A stretch of 64,000 nt of DNA. It comes from Phoronis australis (Eukaryota; Animalia; Phoronida). Below the pieces are notes generated by a model that made no database searches, was not told the origin of the DNA, and saw only the letters and a list, made by a program, of their open reading frames with translations. Location of the stretch: the NCBI GenBank assembly GCA_002633005.1, contig NMRA01000535.1, positions 44,912 through 108,911 of the forward strand, written 5' to 3'. Shown here in pieces: positions 37,456 to 48,674 of this stretch; the first letter of the stretch is position 1; each line of letters opens with the position of its first letter. The translations under genes were made by a program, and so were the position numbers.

Positions 37456-40128
37456 AAATTCGATCCCAGTGAAATGAAAACCGAAAGCATCTGGTATTAA
37501 TACCTGTCCTTTCTCACCGAGTGACATTAACTTTTCCTTTCTGAAGAAAGTCTTTATACTAATGACAAACACTTTTCAGCTTGGTACGCATTATGCGGAA
37601 ATGACATTCAGGGACAGCATCGATTGTCTTATTGTCAGTAAAAAGCCCGTTAATTTTACACTTTGATGATCGAATAAATTTTTCATCAACAGGCAAGTTG
37701 GTACTAATTATTCAAACCACAATATTTCTTCAGATTTAAAGCCCCATGCAGTGCAGTTATGTTGCTTCTTTGTAAAGCTGAAGTGATTACCGATTACACT
37801 TGTGAATTGTCATTTTCCTGTGACCTATAGAAATGTCCGGCGATCAAAACGAAGTATTCCCTTTGATTGCATTTGATTTGTTTATGTGTGAAACTATTTT
37901 AGAGCTTTCTTAGGAAGGCCTTTGAACAGTTTTAAGTTTCGTGTTAATTTGTCTATAACATAAGTTCCACATGTAAGCAAAGTATGTTTTCAATCGTAGC
38001 TAACTGGATAAGCATCTGCCATGCACAAGACTCGAGAATAAACAATAATCAATGTATCTAAAAACAAAATGGCAAAACCGAACAGCCACATATGTGCAAC
38101 GGAACAACATTATTTGTTAAAAACAATTGTAATTTTCCCAATGTAAAACAGTCCATAATCAGTGATATCAAGGGATGACTTTCTGAACTGAGAGGTTTAA
38201 TTCCCTCAGGTTATTGATGAAGGACTGCTTTTCACTTGGTTGAAAGGTAAAATAGACTGTAAGGCGCCTGGTTTTAGTCGTTTTCTCTCATCTGTAACAG
38301 AGAAATATTAGAAAATTGTAAAAGAAAACACAAGACAAAACGACTTTTGTAAGGCAGAACATACTTGACATTCCACATTTATGTTTATATGTAAAAACTA
38401 ATAATCTTTGTACCCAAGCCTTATTTAAGATCTGAATTAAAATATGTGAAACATGATAAAAGTGTTTAGAGAATGTGCATTTTTCATGACACCTAAAATG
38501 TGTTTCTGATCTCAACAAATAAAATTCATTCTAGGTGTCAATATTTACTGCGGTGAAATGTTCCGAATTTACTGAATAGCTCATAAATGTTAATTCGGTA
38601 ACTAATCTGGTAGTCCTGGGGGAAGGGTCCGTGAAAATAGAGAATTGTATTGGACATAGCACAGTTTTGCGAAGTAAGTGCTGTGAAAAAGTCACCGTTG
38701 ACTTCTGCACGTCCCATACACCTTCTATATTGGGACCACTCCCACCCACGCCAATATGTGGATATGTGCTGCTAGCCTACCATCCGGGTCCCGGGTGAGC
38801 TTCTGAAGAGAAAAACTTAGTCCCGCTGAAAGAGCCTGTTATTCAGTGGGGTAACTGGTGGGGATAACATCACCGAGTGATGTCGATAGAAACTTAATTG
38901 CTAAAACCTTACCAAGTGACGTGATTATGTAGTCTCTCAATGGAAATGCATAAAACACACATACGAGGCGTGAAGCTTCGGCATCCACACACTTTTTGTC
39001 ACTTGGTAGACCCTGTTGACCGCAATATTCCATGCATGTATCTTATGTCTTCTGGCAATTTGTGACCACCTGTCGAAGATTTGCACCCGGGAAAATAGCA
39101 ATAATAGCTCACTTGCGAGTTTCTCGCTAGTCACTGTGACGTCACCGGAAAAGGGGCAAAACCCGCCATATTGCTCTTGTTTTGCCCCGAGTCTTTGCTA
39201 CACACGCTAAAACTTACTGGAGTTCTTATGGTGAATTTTACGCTTAAAACGTTAAAACAACTTAAGATATGGTAGATGGGTCGTGGAATAACTGTGAATA
39301 GACGAAGAAAATGTGACCTTGTTATGTTGTGCGAAGCTGTGAACGGACTGAAATTGGAACTTAACCCGCTCTAGGCCTGAATGGCGCAGGCATACAGGGG
39401 CGATAGTGTATCCCCATAAAAAGATATTCACTTCAAAATACAGCAAATAAAATCAAATGAAACATGCATATGTGCACATGAAGTTATAATTAACACATAC
39501 CCTGACTCTGGACACAATTTAGTCTACAAATAACTTGAGCATATTCATGAAAACCTCGCGGTTCTCTCGAGTTTCTCTCACTAAAGAGCCGCCATTTTGA
39601 GGAAGTTACGTGAAATCACGCCTGTTGACGAACAAAAAGTCCAAGGGACACAAATCTTACAAATTTCACTCGATATTTTCTCATGCTATTTTGCAAGTGT
39701 CACGCGCCAGGTCACGCGCCAGATCTCGCGCTTCGCTCAGTCTCGCGCTAGCCTTTGCCTCATACTCACCTGACTCAGTTGAAATACTTGATTGTGGTAA
39801 TCGCGCGCGCGGACAAAGTTAACAGTAACCACAAAGTGGAGTTGGAATTCTTCGCCTAAGTCACCTGAATTCCCGTATATATGCTTCATCGAAGATATGT
39901 TTAGAAGCAGAAAGAGTCACTGAAGAAAGTAAGAGCCTTTTAGGTGCTAATTTTAGGTGTAGAATGTATTTTCGACGAGGTGAAAACTTTATCAGTGAGC
40001 GGATTTCGCCTACCGCCCGTTTAAAATACACGGGACGAAATTAGTACAGAACGCGATAGAACGTATTGTAGTGCGAATCTGAAGTTCATTTGCCATAACA
40101 GCGATGCTTTTGGGCATTTTTCGAACTA

Positions 40129-42128
40129 GGGGAAAGTTACTGGTTTCGTACCACTTAAGGATGCACCCCTCTGTACGCCACGCTGAACTAGCCTCAGAAT
40201 CGGGAGCTATCTCATAGCCTTAAGTGGCTTCACATGTATAACCGCACATGTGATTTAGAAGAATAATGATTATGTTTTAGCTGCAAAACACGGTTGTAGA
40301 AAAGTCAATAAAAGTACGATTCACATGACCGGTTTTGTAATTCGTACCTGTCAGACATCAGAATCGTACCAGTGGTACTATATTAATAACTACGTGTATT
40401 TCACCAAGCAAAGATAAACAAAGAGACAGTGCAAACAGTCAAACCTTTTATTGGCCACATAGAAACATATTACAAGAAACAGCGTTTCCCTATGACTCTA
40501 ATACTAACAGACGTCTTTATAAATATGTGCGAACAAACCAACACTTAAAGACAACAAAAAGGACCGGTCAACTATACTTATGTAACAAACTTAAATTGCC
40601 TGGTTTATGTAGATTAATCAGAGTCTCCATCGGAATCACAATTATGACTTAAAAAAGCTAACATCTAAGGTTGGAGCCTGTGCGTTGTGTGACTGGGGAA
40701 GGAGAGAATGAAAACACCATTTTCCCGCGCTAGCTTAATGGCGTCAAGGTTTTTTATGTGGGATGCATGTCCGTGGAGTAGAAGAAGGACTTTGTTTTCA
40801 ACTGACGCATTCACTGATCGGATAAAATGACGAAGCTATTCAATGAAAACTATAGAGTCAATCCATCCTGAATTAGTGCAAGCAAAAATTGTACCAGTGG
40901 GTGCATCAACTTTCAAGGAATCACACAGTCTTTTCCTCTTGAAGATGAGCATCGGGGGACGTATTGGCCAATGGCAGAATGACAGTGGACACAAGTAGTA
41001 TTTGTTCCTCGTTCAGTGGTTGTTGCTGCTCCAACTTGGCGTTTCCCTTTCGTTGAGATCACTTTCGATGGCCTTTGCACGGTAGAATGTCCAGTTTCAT
41101 CCATATTAAACACTCTGTCAGCAGTAAATCCGTGTAATTCATTTAGCTCGTAATATTTATCGAAGAAATCTGAAACAGCTCGGAGGCTGAAACCTTTCAT
41201 GCGACCAGTAGATGTAGCTTCTGGGGTGCGCAGACTGAGTTCTGGATGTCGTCTCATAAAGCTGTAGTACCAGGTTTTATTGACAGACTGTTTTGTTTCG
41301 CTAAATTTATGGATGCCATGGAATTTTGCCAATTGATATGCAAGTTTCATAAGATCTGTTGGCGTGATACCAAAAAAAGATCGTCAAGACCTTTTATGTG
41401 TTCTACCAAATCAGCTTCTATTTCTGTAGGCAAAACTTTTGGGCCTCCGCGTAACTTGGTATGTTTTGCGTACTTATTCAGACCCATGCGGTGACGGCGA
41501 ATAGTGGGCTTTGGGATACCAAATAGCTTAGAAGCAGCGTTAAATCCCAATCCTTCATCTATAGCTTTGAGACAGTTCTGCATATCCTCCGATGTCCATG
41601 ATGACGGCGATGGCATTTTCCTGAAAGTAAAAAAATAGTACTAAAACGCAAGAAAAACAACACATTACCTACTCGTATCACGTTTTGTGTATCATACCTC
41701 TTGGTTACATGTATCGTAACCCGGGTACCATACCCGTGACCTGTAGTGGTACGACACTCGTGACACTGACCTATTTTCAAACACGTGGGCTGAAAATATT
41801 TGGCATGCGATTTGGCAACCAGAAATTACACCATACAAAGAGATGAGAATGAGCTATCAGATGGCACATCAGTTCACTCATTTGCTATACTTGTTGTTGT
41901 CTTATCACACTATTCATGGGAGGTAAAATTTACATCAACATGTCAAAAAAGTGGAAAATGCTCACCGTTTTTCACCGGGTTGTCTGCTCGACATTTTGCT
42001 TGGTTTTCTGTCGTCACCGTTTGAGGTCGCTAAAAGTAATCACTCTTTTGGGTGCCAAGCCTACGTAGTTTGGCGGGAAAATACGTGGTACGATAATGAT
42101 AACTGGTACGGAACCGGTAACTTTCCCC
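40129..42128 (-). mobile_element. pogo-like Tc1/mariner DNA transposon, 2.0 kb, TA TSD
   Basis: TA at 40127-40128 and 42129-42130; TIR GGGGAAAGTTAC(T/C)GGTT(T/C)CGTACCA. Confidence 0.9.
40650..41616 (-). pseudogene. pogo-like transposase (psq HTH, CENP-B HTH, DDE_1), frameshifted and truncated
   Basis: WTSEDMQNCLKAI..AASKLFGIPKPTIRRH; WYYSFMRRHPELSLRTPE; VFNMDETG; KGKRQVG; further KVLLLLHGHASH..FPSHTTHRLQP. Confidence 0.9.
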
Positions 42129-43935
42129 TAAACGGCTAAAAACTCGAAGACAATAACAGAATACACTCTGCTACCGTATTGGGCAAATGACCAAACGACA
42201 AGCTTTTGTCCCACTTCCCGTGACGTCACAGTTAAGTCTCACATAATCTCGCGTTATTGTTATAAACTCGCAAAAGGCCTATTAAGGCTTAGCACGACGA
42301 CGTATTTTGATATCAGTCTTTTTACCAGCTGTGTACATGCAAACAGCCACGCATGCGCAATTCAATCACCACCAGTACAGCAGAGACACCGCGTCGAATA
42401 GTCTCATTATGAACATAGTATGTTACGTCGCCGGCGTCATTGTTCAGTGACTGTTGCCGGGACATTTATATGTAAATGATCTGTTGTGTTGGCCGGGTGC
42501 ATTCGTGATCAGCCGTGATAAGGTGTAGACGTGTCTAGAAGGTGTTTGGACACGGTGGAACGTTTATGCCGACAGTGAAGACTTTTAACATTCAGCGGAC
42601 AAAGTGCGGACCGCAAGATGACGGTGTTCAAAGTCGGATGCTGAAAGGAAGGCACTAACCACAATAACACTGTGCACGAAATGTGTGAAATAATAAGCTG
42701 GACTCTGACTCAGTGACATTAGTTTGAGTGCCACATGGGAGTGGTCGACCCAGTTATGATACATATTAGTGTTTGTGTGTAAACGTTTAGTGTTGGAAGC
42801 TTCATTAAATATTGTTTCTTTTAAACTTGTTTTTCTACTGAATTGTCTAATTACAGTCACGTCGTGACACTGCATGCTCGGGGAGGCACGCTGACAGTAG
42901 ATGAGGTTACAGATCGCGAGGCTTTTCGCTTCAAAAATGCACACACTGTAATTTTCAACTGCTTTGTACGTTGCGTGGACCGGTCACGCTGCATTCTTCA
43001 CACAAACGAGCCAAGTACGACGGAGTGTGTCATGTTTTGGAAAGCGATGTAATTGCATACCCAAAGTGGGCGTGAGAAGATAATGAGTACACCTGGTACG
43101 CAGCAAACTTGCTGCATGGTGACCGATTCATAAGGAAACGCAAACGACGAGGTAAAATAATGACTGACCATGGGCGGCGCACCATAGGAAGTTGGGGACT
43201 AGCTTCCCATTTTTTCCGTGCTGCGCCCCGCATGGTCTATTGGACCATGGGCAGTGCACCACAGGGAGTTGGGGAGGCTATAGACCCCCACTTTTTTTCA
43301 GTGCTGCACCGAGAATGCCGACTCGACAGCTCACACGGTCAAACCATATGAAAACAGAATGGCGGGAACTTCTTAACCCCCTAAATGTCACTTCCGGAGT
43401 AAGGCATGACTAATAAAATTAGGGGAAGCCGATATTAACTGAAAAACATGTCTGGAATAGTTAACGAACCGTTTACTAAAATGGCATAAAAAAGAGTTGC
43501 CTTCTCCTTTAATTAGTGTTTGTAGGCGATGGGATTGAGAAGTTTAAAATGGTGATGAGAGCACGTGCGCTGTAAAAAGCTGCATTAATAACCCCGAAAA
43601 GTTACGGTGGAAAAAGCCAACCAGAGTGAAATCTACGGAGGACTCAAAACTTGTAGAAAACCTGCCCACATACAACTACCGTGATCAAACTTATAAACAC
43701 ACTCACTTAGTTTTTTGTTCATCACTTTGAAATATTGGATAGTTTTCACCAGTCAAGACATCACCACAATAGGAATATTACCACGCTTACACATATTTGT
43801 GTTTTTTTCAATCAAAAATTAAGTTCAAAGAAAGTAAAGTTCACCACCTTTCAATTGTGGTAACCATTTTAGTACTACCTGAAATAAAAAAATGTAACTT
43901 GAAAATAATTCTAAATAAAAGCTACAATTTCGTCC

Positions 43936-44252
43936 TGTTTAGTTAGCCGGAAAAAACGAAAATCGAATTAGGCATTTTGCTCCCATAAAATCGATCTGAT
44001 AACATTCTTTACCGTGAATAGGGTTCTATTTCCGTTTCCAAGAACAAGAAAACTATCAATGACTCAACAAAACGCCTCAGAGTTCTTAGGGATTGGCCAA
44101 CGCAAAAATTGCGACTTCCACAATTGTGCACGTAGCCATTGGCTAGAACTTGAGTTGATAACGAAAATAGAATCCTATCACGATAAATTATGAGACCCGT
44201 TCAATTGGAGTAAAAGACCTAATGCGATTTTTGATTATTAGCCAGCTAAACA
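43936..44252. repeat. ~320-bp foldback MITE
   Basis: Nested inverted matches: AAAATCG..ATTAGG with CCTAATGCGATTTT, and GTGAATAGGGTTCTATTTCCGTT with AACGAAAATAGAATCCTATCAC. Confidence 0.65.
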
Positions 44253-45206
44253 TGGCGACCGTGCAACATACAACGGCAATCATAAGTATAGTCTTGAAGC
44301 GGAACGGCGTTGCTGTTTTTTGGTCATGACCAGAGGAAGGTTCCGACCCCCTGTCGCTCCCTTGTAATCCTACTATGGTCCAACGTAAGAGGTATCTTCC
44401 TTCTCAGAGACACTTCACAAACCAACTCTGTTAGAGAAGACTTGTTAGACTGCAGATCACAGCATATCCATAGTGTACAGTTTCTCTGTATGTCAATATA
44501 CCCATAGTGTAGTTTCTCTCTATGTCAATATACCCATGTTCTACACTTTCTCTGCATGTCAACTGCTAACAACTTCGTACGCTTTAATATTGAAATAATC
44601 AACATCAATAAATGAATTTTCATATGACGTGCGACACATGACTTACAGTACTCGTAAGCAAGTCTGCCTCTGAAGCCGAACCTCACGAATTGACCGATTG
44701 GCTCATTTAAGGCCACTTGATGCAATTACATAATTTTAACGTGGAACATGTCTAAAGCTTCCACGTATATAACAATAAAACTTTGAATCCTTCAGGTGTT
44801 TGGTTTATCCAGATATAAATCTTTCTATCTTTTCTGGGCGTAACTCTAATAATTGTGCATTATACTTTTCGTAATAAACATTTTAAAAATAAATTTAAAA
44901 AGTGTAGCACTTTGGTGGTAAACATCATATCAAAACGATTTCTACCGGATATTTACTCATCTTCAGTTCTTTTAAATAAATTTCAAGAGAACTTCGATAT
45001 CATATCATGCAGAATTATAAAAATATGTGGATTATCTCAGGAAGGTCTTTCTTTGCGAATTATGTATTCAGCTTGACGTGCGGAGTCCCAGGCTGCCTTC
45101 CGTAGATGCAAACATGACTTCCGCGAGATATTGCCATGCATTATAAGCGAAGCACATGACTGCGTTGAAGTTTACGAAGCACAGCCTCATTTGGTTATAA
45201 TGACAT

Positions 45207-46570
45207 TCAGGTCCTCTCTGCTTGGTCTGTATTTTTTATTGCGCTGGAGACTAAACTAACTCGAGAGTTAAGTTGTATAGATGGCAGCAACCCGGACCCA
45301 CCACCGTAAAGCGCCTGCGCGAGTTGCTGAGATTCCTTCGTTACTTTCTGCGTGGCGACTGGCTGAAGAGATGCTCGGCCCTTCGTGCTATTGACGGAAT
45401 CGAACGACCTTTGAGTACAAAGTTCTGGGAGCATTTGGTACGAGTTTTCCCGTCTAACTGCGTCTGGGAAATTCGGCGGAACTGACGACGACTTTTGTCG
45501 GAACAAAGGGTTATCAATAGATGAATATGGATGGAAGGATTTGTTTATGATTTGTCCATTGTTTCCGTATTCAGCTTCTTTTCTTTGGTAATTCGGACTT
45601 CCAGAGCTCTTCGGCACAAGATCGTCATTTGAATTAAAAATCATTTGCTTCTTTTTCTTATTTCGTTTTTTTTCTTTTTTAGATGTGAGCATGATTGGTT
45701 GTAACTTGTTTGGTTTGTGGTTATCTAGAAATACGTCATCTGTTGTTTCTTCAACTTCGTTTTTGACATAGCATGCATTGTCTCCGCCGAGGCTTCCCTT
45801 GGAGTGTAAGCTTATTCGATCAAGTCGTAAAGAGGTCGTACTCGGGTTGGTCTTTTTCTTAACATTATTTTCGATGTCGTTATCCAGCAACGCCTTTAGT
45901 TCCTCCTTGTTTACGACACTGCTGGTGTCAGCACCGGCTTCGTTTACCAATGTTCGACACATGTCAGAGAAACGTAATTTCAACGCCAGCATTAAAGGTG
46001 ACAGGCCGTCTTTGTTCAATTGATTGACGTTGAGTGTATTCTTTACTGGTGTGTAGCTTAAGAGTAACCGTACAAATGACGTATTGTTGGCGTTGACTGC
46101 CAAGTGCAATGGCGCGTTGCCGTCATTATCTGGAACGTTTGGGTCGCACTCTCCCTTGCGTATTAAGAGACGCGTTACGTCATCCAGTCCCTTTGTCATT
46201 GCAGTCAGTGCCAAGCACGAGCGGCTGTAGTTATCTTGACAATTGACGTCAGCCCCTCGACGTACAAGCAAGCGGACAATGTGCGTGCGGACGTCGTCCT
46301 TGTCCAATAAAATGGCCGACAACAGTGGAGTCATTCGTGCGTCATCGCATATGTTAACGTCGACAGTGAGATCGTCAAGCATCGCTGAAACTGCTCTAAC
46401 TTTACCGTTCTGCACAGCTCTGAGAAGGGCCTGTGATGCTTCAACATTGTCCGTAATTGCAGAACGCACGTGTATCCGTCTCGTACCAGCCGACATATTC
46501 GGTTCAGTCATATCACATTGTCCAGAATCAGGTTTTGGGCTCGACCTTACCAAATGAGAACCAGCCAAAT
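45207..46570 (-). CDS. Ankyrin-repeat protein (about 5 N-terminal repeats, low-complexity basic C-terminus; ANKRD34/63-like architecture), terminal exon
   Basis: 480-codon open frame with TPLLSA, GADVNCQD, DPNVPDNDGNAPLHLAV and DGLSPLMLA; KKEKKRNKKKK NLS-like patch; acceptor ttttgtttcag| at 46571; first in-frame ATG at 46511. Confidence 0.88.
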
Positions 46571-47289
46571 CTGAAACAAAGCAAAATATGGTGGTATAAA
46601 GACAATTGTTGTAGCCTCCAACACTCGGCTCAAAACTCACGACGAACACAGTTGACTATAAGTCAAGCTTTCATAAAGACTGGCTCAAGCGTCCGTGTTG
46701 TGAAACCATTTTTCAACAGACTAATAGCAGATCTCCAAGTGTAGCAGAAGAGTGGGACGAAATCGATATCTCTATGCATAAACCCACATACCCTATAGGC
46801 TTGCATGTAGGAAACAAGTTGCACGATGACTTACCAACCTCAAGCAAATTCCAGCTGAGCAAAAACTAGTTAGCAGCATGACGCCAACGGAGGTAGGACA
46901 CGTTCGCCTTGCTTCTTATCATGCGAAAACTTAAATAATTGGTTGTGAGCGGAAAATACAGAAAATTAATTGACAAACCCAAAGGCATGCTACTTCCATT
47001 AATCATCGCTTCTTCGTTCGACTTAAAAAGCAGTTTTTTTCATTTCTTGTATGTAATGAGTATTTTTGCTCCATTTCTCTACAAAACCCTAATTAAGTTC
47101 CTCTCCTGCGACATGAACCTTTCAGCCTATATTAGGAATTTTAAGTTGGTGTTAAAACAAACATGTAAAAGATTTCCCGGCTGTCAGAGACACGTCAAAG
47201 TGGACAACAGTTCCAATTTAGTAAGTGCCTTTTGGTCGTCATCTTAATTCTTGAAGAAAGCAGATTTAAAATATTGATTTATCGGCAGA

Positions 47290-47546
47290 GCAACACGAAA
47301 GCGACTCCATAACAACGTTGTTCTTCAAGTATTTACAGGTACACGCAGATGTAAACAGGTTATTATTGAAACGATCTCATTACAGCGTTGTTCTTCAAGT
47401 ATTTACAGGTACACGCAGATTCAAACAGGTTAAAATTGAAGCGACTCTATGACAACATTGTTCTTCAAGTATTTACAGGTACACGCAGGTGTAAACAGAT
47501 TATAATGGAAGCGATTCCTTTACAACGTTGTTCTTCAAGTATTTAC
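47290..47546. repeat. ~70-bp tandem repeat, ~3.6 copies
   Basis: TTGTTCTTCAAGTATTTACA recurs four times at ~70-bp spacing. Confidence 0.88.
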
Positions 47547-47643
47547 ATTTTTCTATACACGTTTCGGTGACACAAGTTTTCGGGGGTTTGTTTTCGTTAA
47601 AAGTGTCATTTACTACATAAGCCAACACTAGCGCATGGGCGGC

Positions 47644-47730
47644 GCAGCCACCTATGGTTCGCTCCCATGTAGCGCCACCTATGGTTCGCCCCCATGTAGC
47701 GCCACCCATGGTTCGCCCCCATGTAGCGCC
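47644..47730. repeat. 27-bp tandem repeat, 3 copies
   Basis: GCGCCACCTATGGTTCGCCCCCATGTA units. Confidence 0.9.
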
Positions 47731-48537
47731 TAGACTTACTCAAATTGTGCACCAAGTCCTGCACAAAAAGTAGTTTAATTTCCACAGTTGGTCACTCGAG
47801 CGCGCATTCCAATGAGAAAAATTAAACAATTGGCGCCATTTATTCCCTGTCTGGTGAGCCTGCAGTATGTACTACGTTTTCGAGGTAATTTTATGTTTTA
47901 CCCAGAGATGTCTTTTGCTAGAAGCGGTCAGTTCTCTAACCTTTGTAAGTTCAGTAACAGACTGATTTTTTTTCCGTAAATCACTGTTTACACACATTTG
48001 TATCAACAATATTTGATTATGTGAGTTTTTAGTTATCAAATGGGGTGACCTTTAAACATTTAAGTCGGTGTCTCGCATGTCACAAGTTCTCGCCTAATCA
48101 CCCGATATTGGTCAACGTGATACGTCATTACATTGCATAAGACTACAGGCGACGTGATATCACATGGGCATGGACAGGAAAACGTGGAATTTGTATTAAT
48201 CTTGCCAACAGTGCTATAGGGTGATGAAAAATATTCAAATATTTCGAAGGTCATGATCGACTTCTTCGTCAATGTTATATTTTTATGGCTGGTTACATTT
48301 CTTTGTAATGACACATTCCAACAATAAAGTCACGTAGCGTGAAACAGAAAACAGACATTTTATTTATAAAGTGCTCCCACCTTTACAGTTCAACATATTA
48401 TATAATTTTTGTATTTATCGATATCTGTGGTAGTTTAGTTTGTCATAATAAATATGACCTTTTATCTCACCAACACGTGTTGTTTCACTGTAAACTAGCT
48501 TCGGTATCGCTTCGCAGTTAGCGCATATAAATATAGA

Positions 48538-48674
48538 TTATTACATGGCGAAGTTGTTATCCCCCGTTATCTAGAGCCCGAGTGGGTTTTGGAGAATTAT
48601 CGCCCGAGGGGCGTTAATCTATATTTATCCCATACGCGTTGAATCTGTCGAGGGAAATACGGCCATGTAATAAT
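48538..48674. repeat. Small inverted-repeat element
   Basis: ATTATTACATGGC ... GCCATGTAATAAT termini. Confidence 0.55.

Larger units (their letters stand above)
39106..42280. mobile_element. Non-autonomous TIR element with AT flanks, inserted in ISL2EU copy 3
   Basis: AGCTCACTTGCGAGTTT / AAACTCGCAAAAGGCCT termini plus an inverted ACTGTGACGTCAC motif. The flanks rejoin as ISL2EU sequence. Confidence 0.7.
35394..42405 (+). mobile_element. ISL2EU copy 3, interrupted at 39105/42281
   Basis: AT + GGGCCTGTTCGA ... TCGAATAGTCTC + AT. Co-linear with copy 1 up to 39105 and resuming at ~42283. Confidence 0.85.
34546..43508. mobile_element. Kolobok-like element with ~165-bp TIRs, outer layer of a transposon nest
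   Basis: TTAA at 34542-34545 and 43509-43512; AGGAGAAGG..CCTTCTCCT termini; inverted match through TACTCCGGAA(A/G)TGAC(G/A)TTTAGGGGG(G)TTAAGAA. Confidence 0.85.

Noticed and set aside
46571-46649. Predicted start of the 480-aa ORF
   Set aside because: Non-ATG start upstream of a strong splice acceptor; probably intronic.
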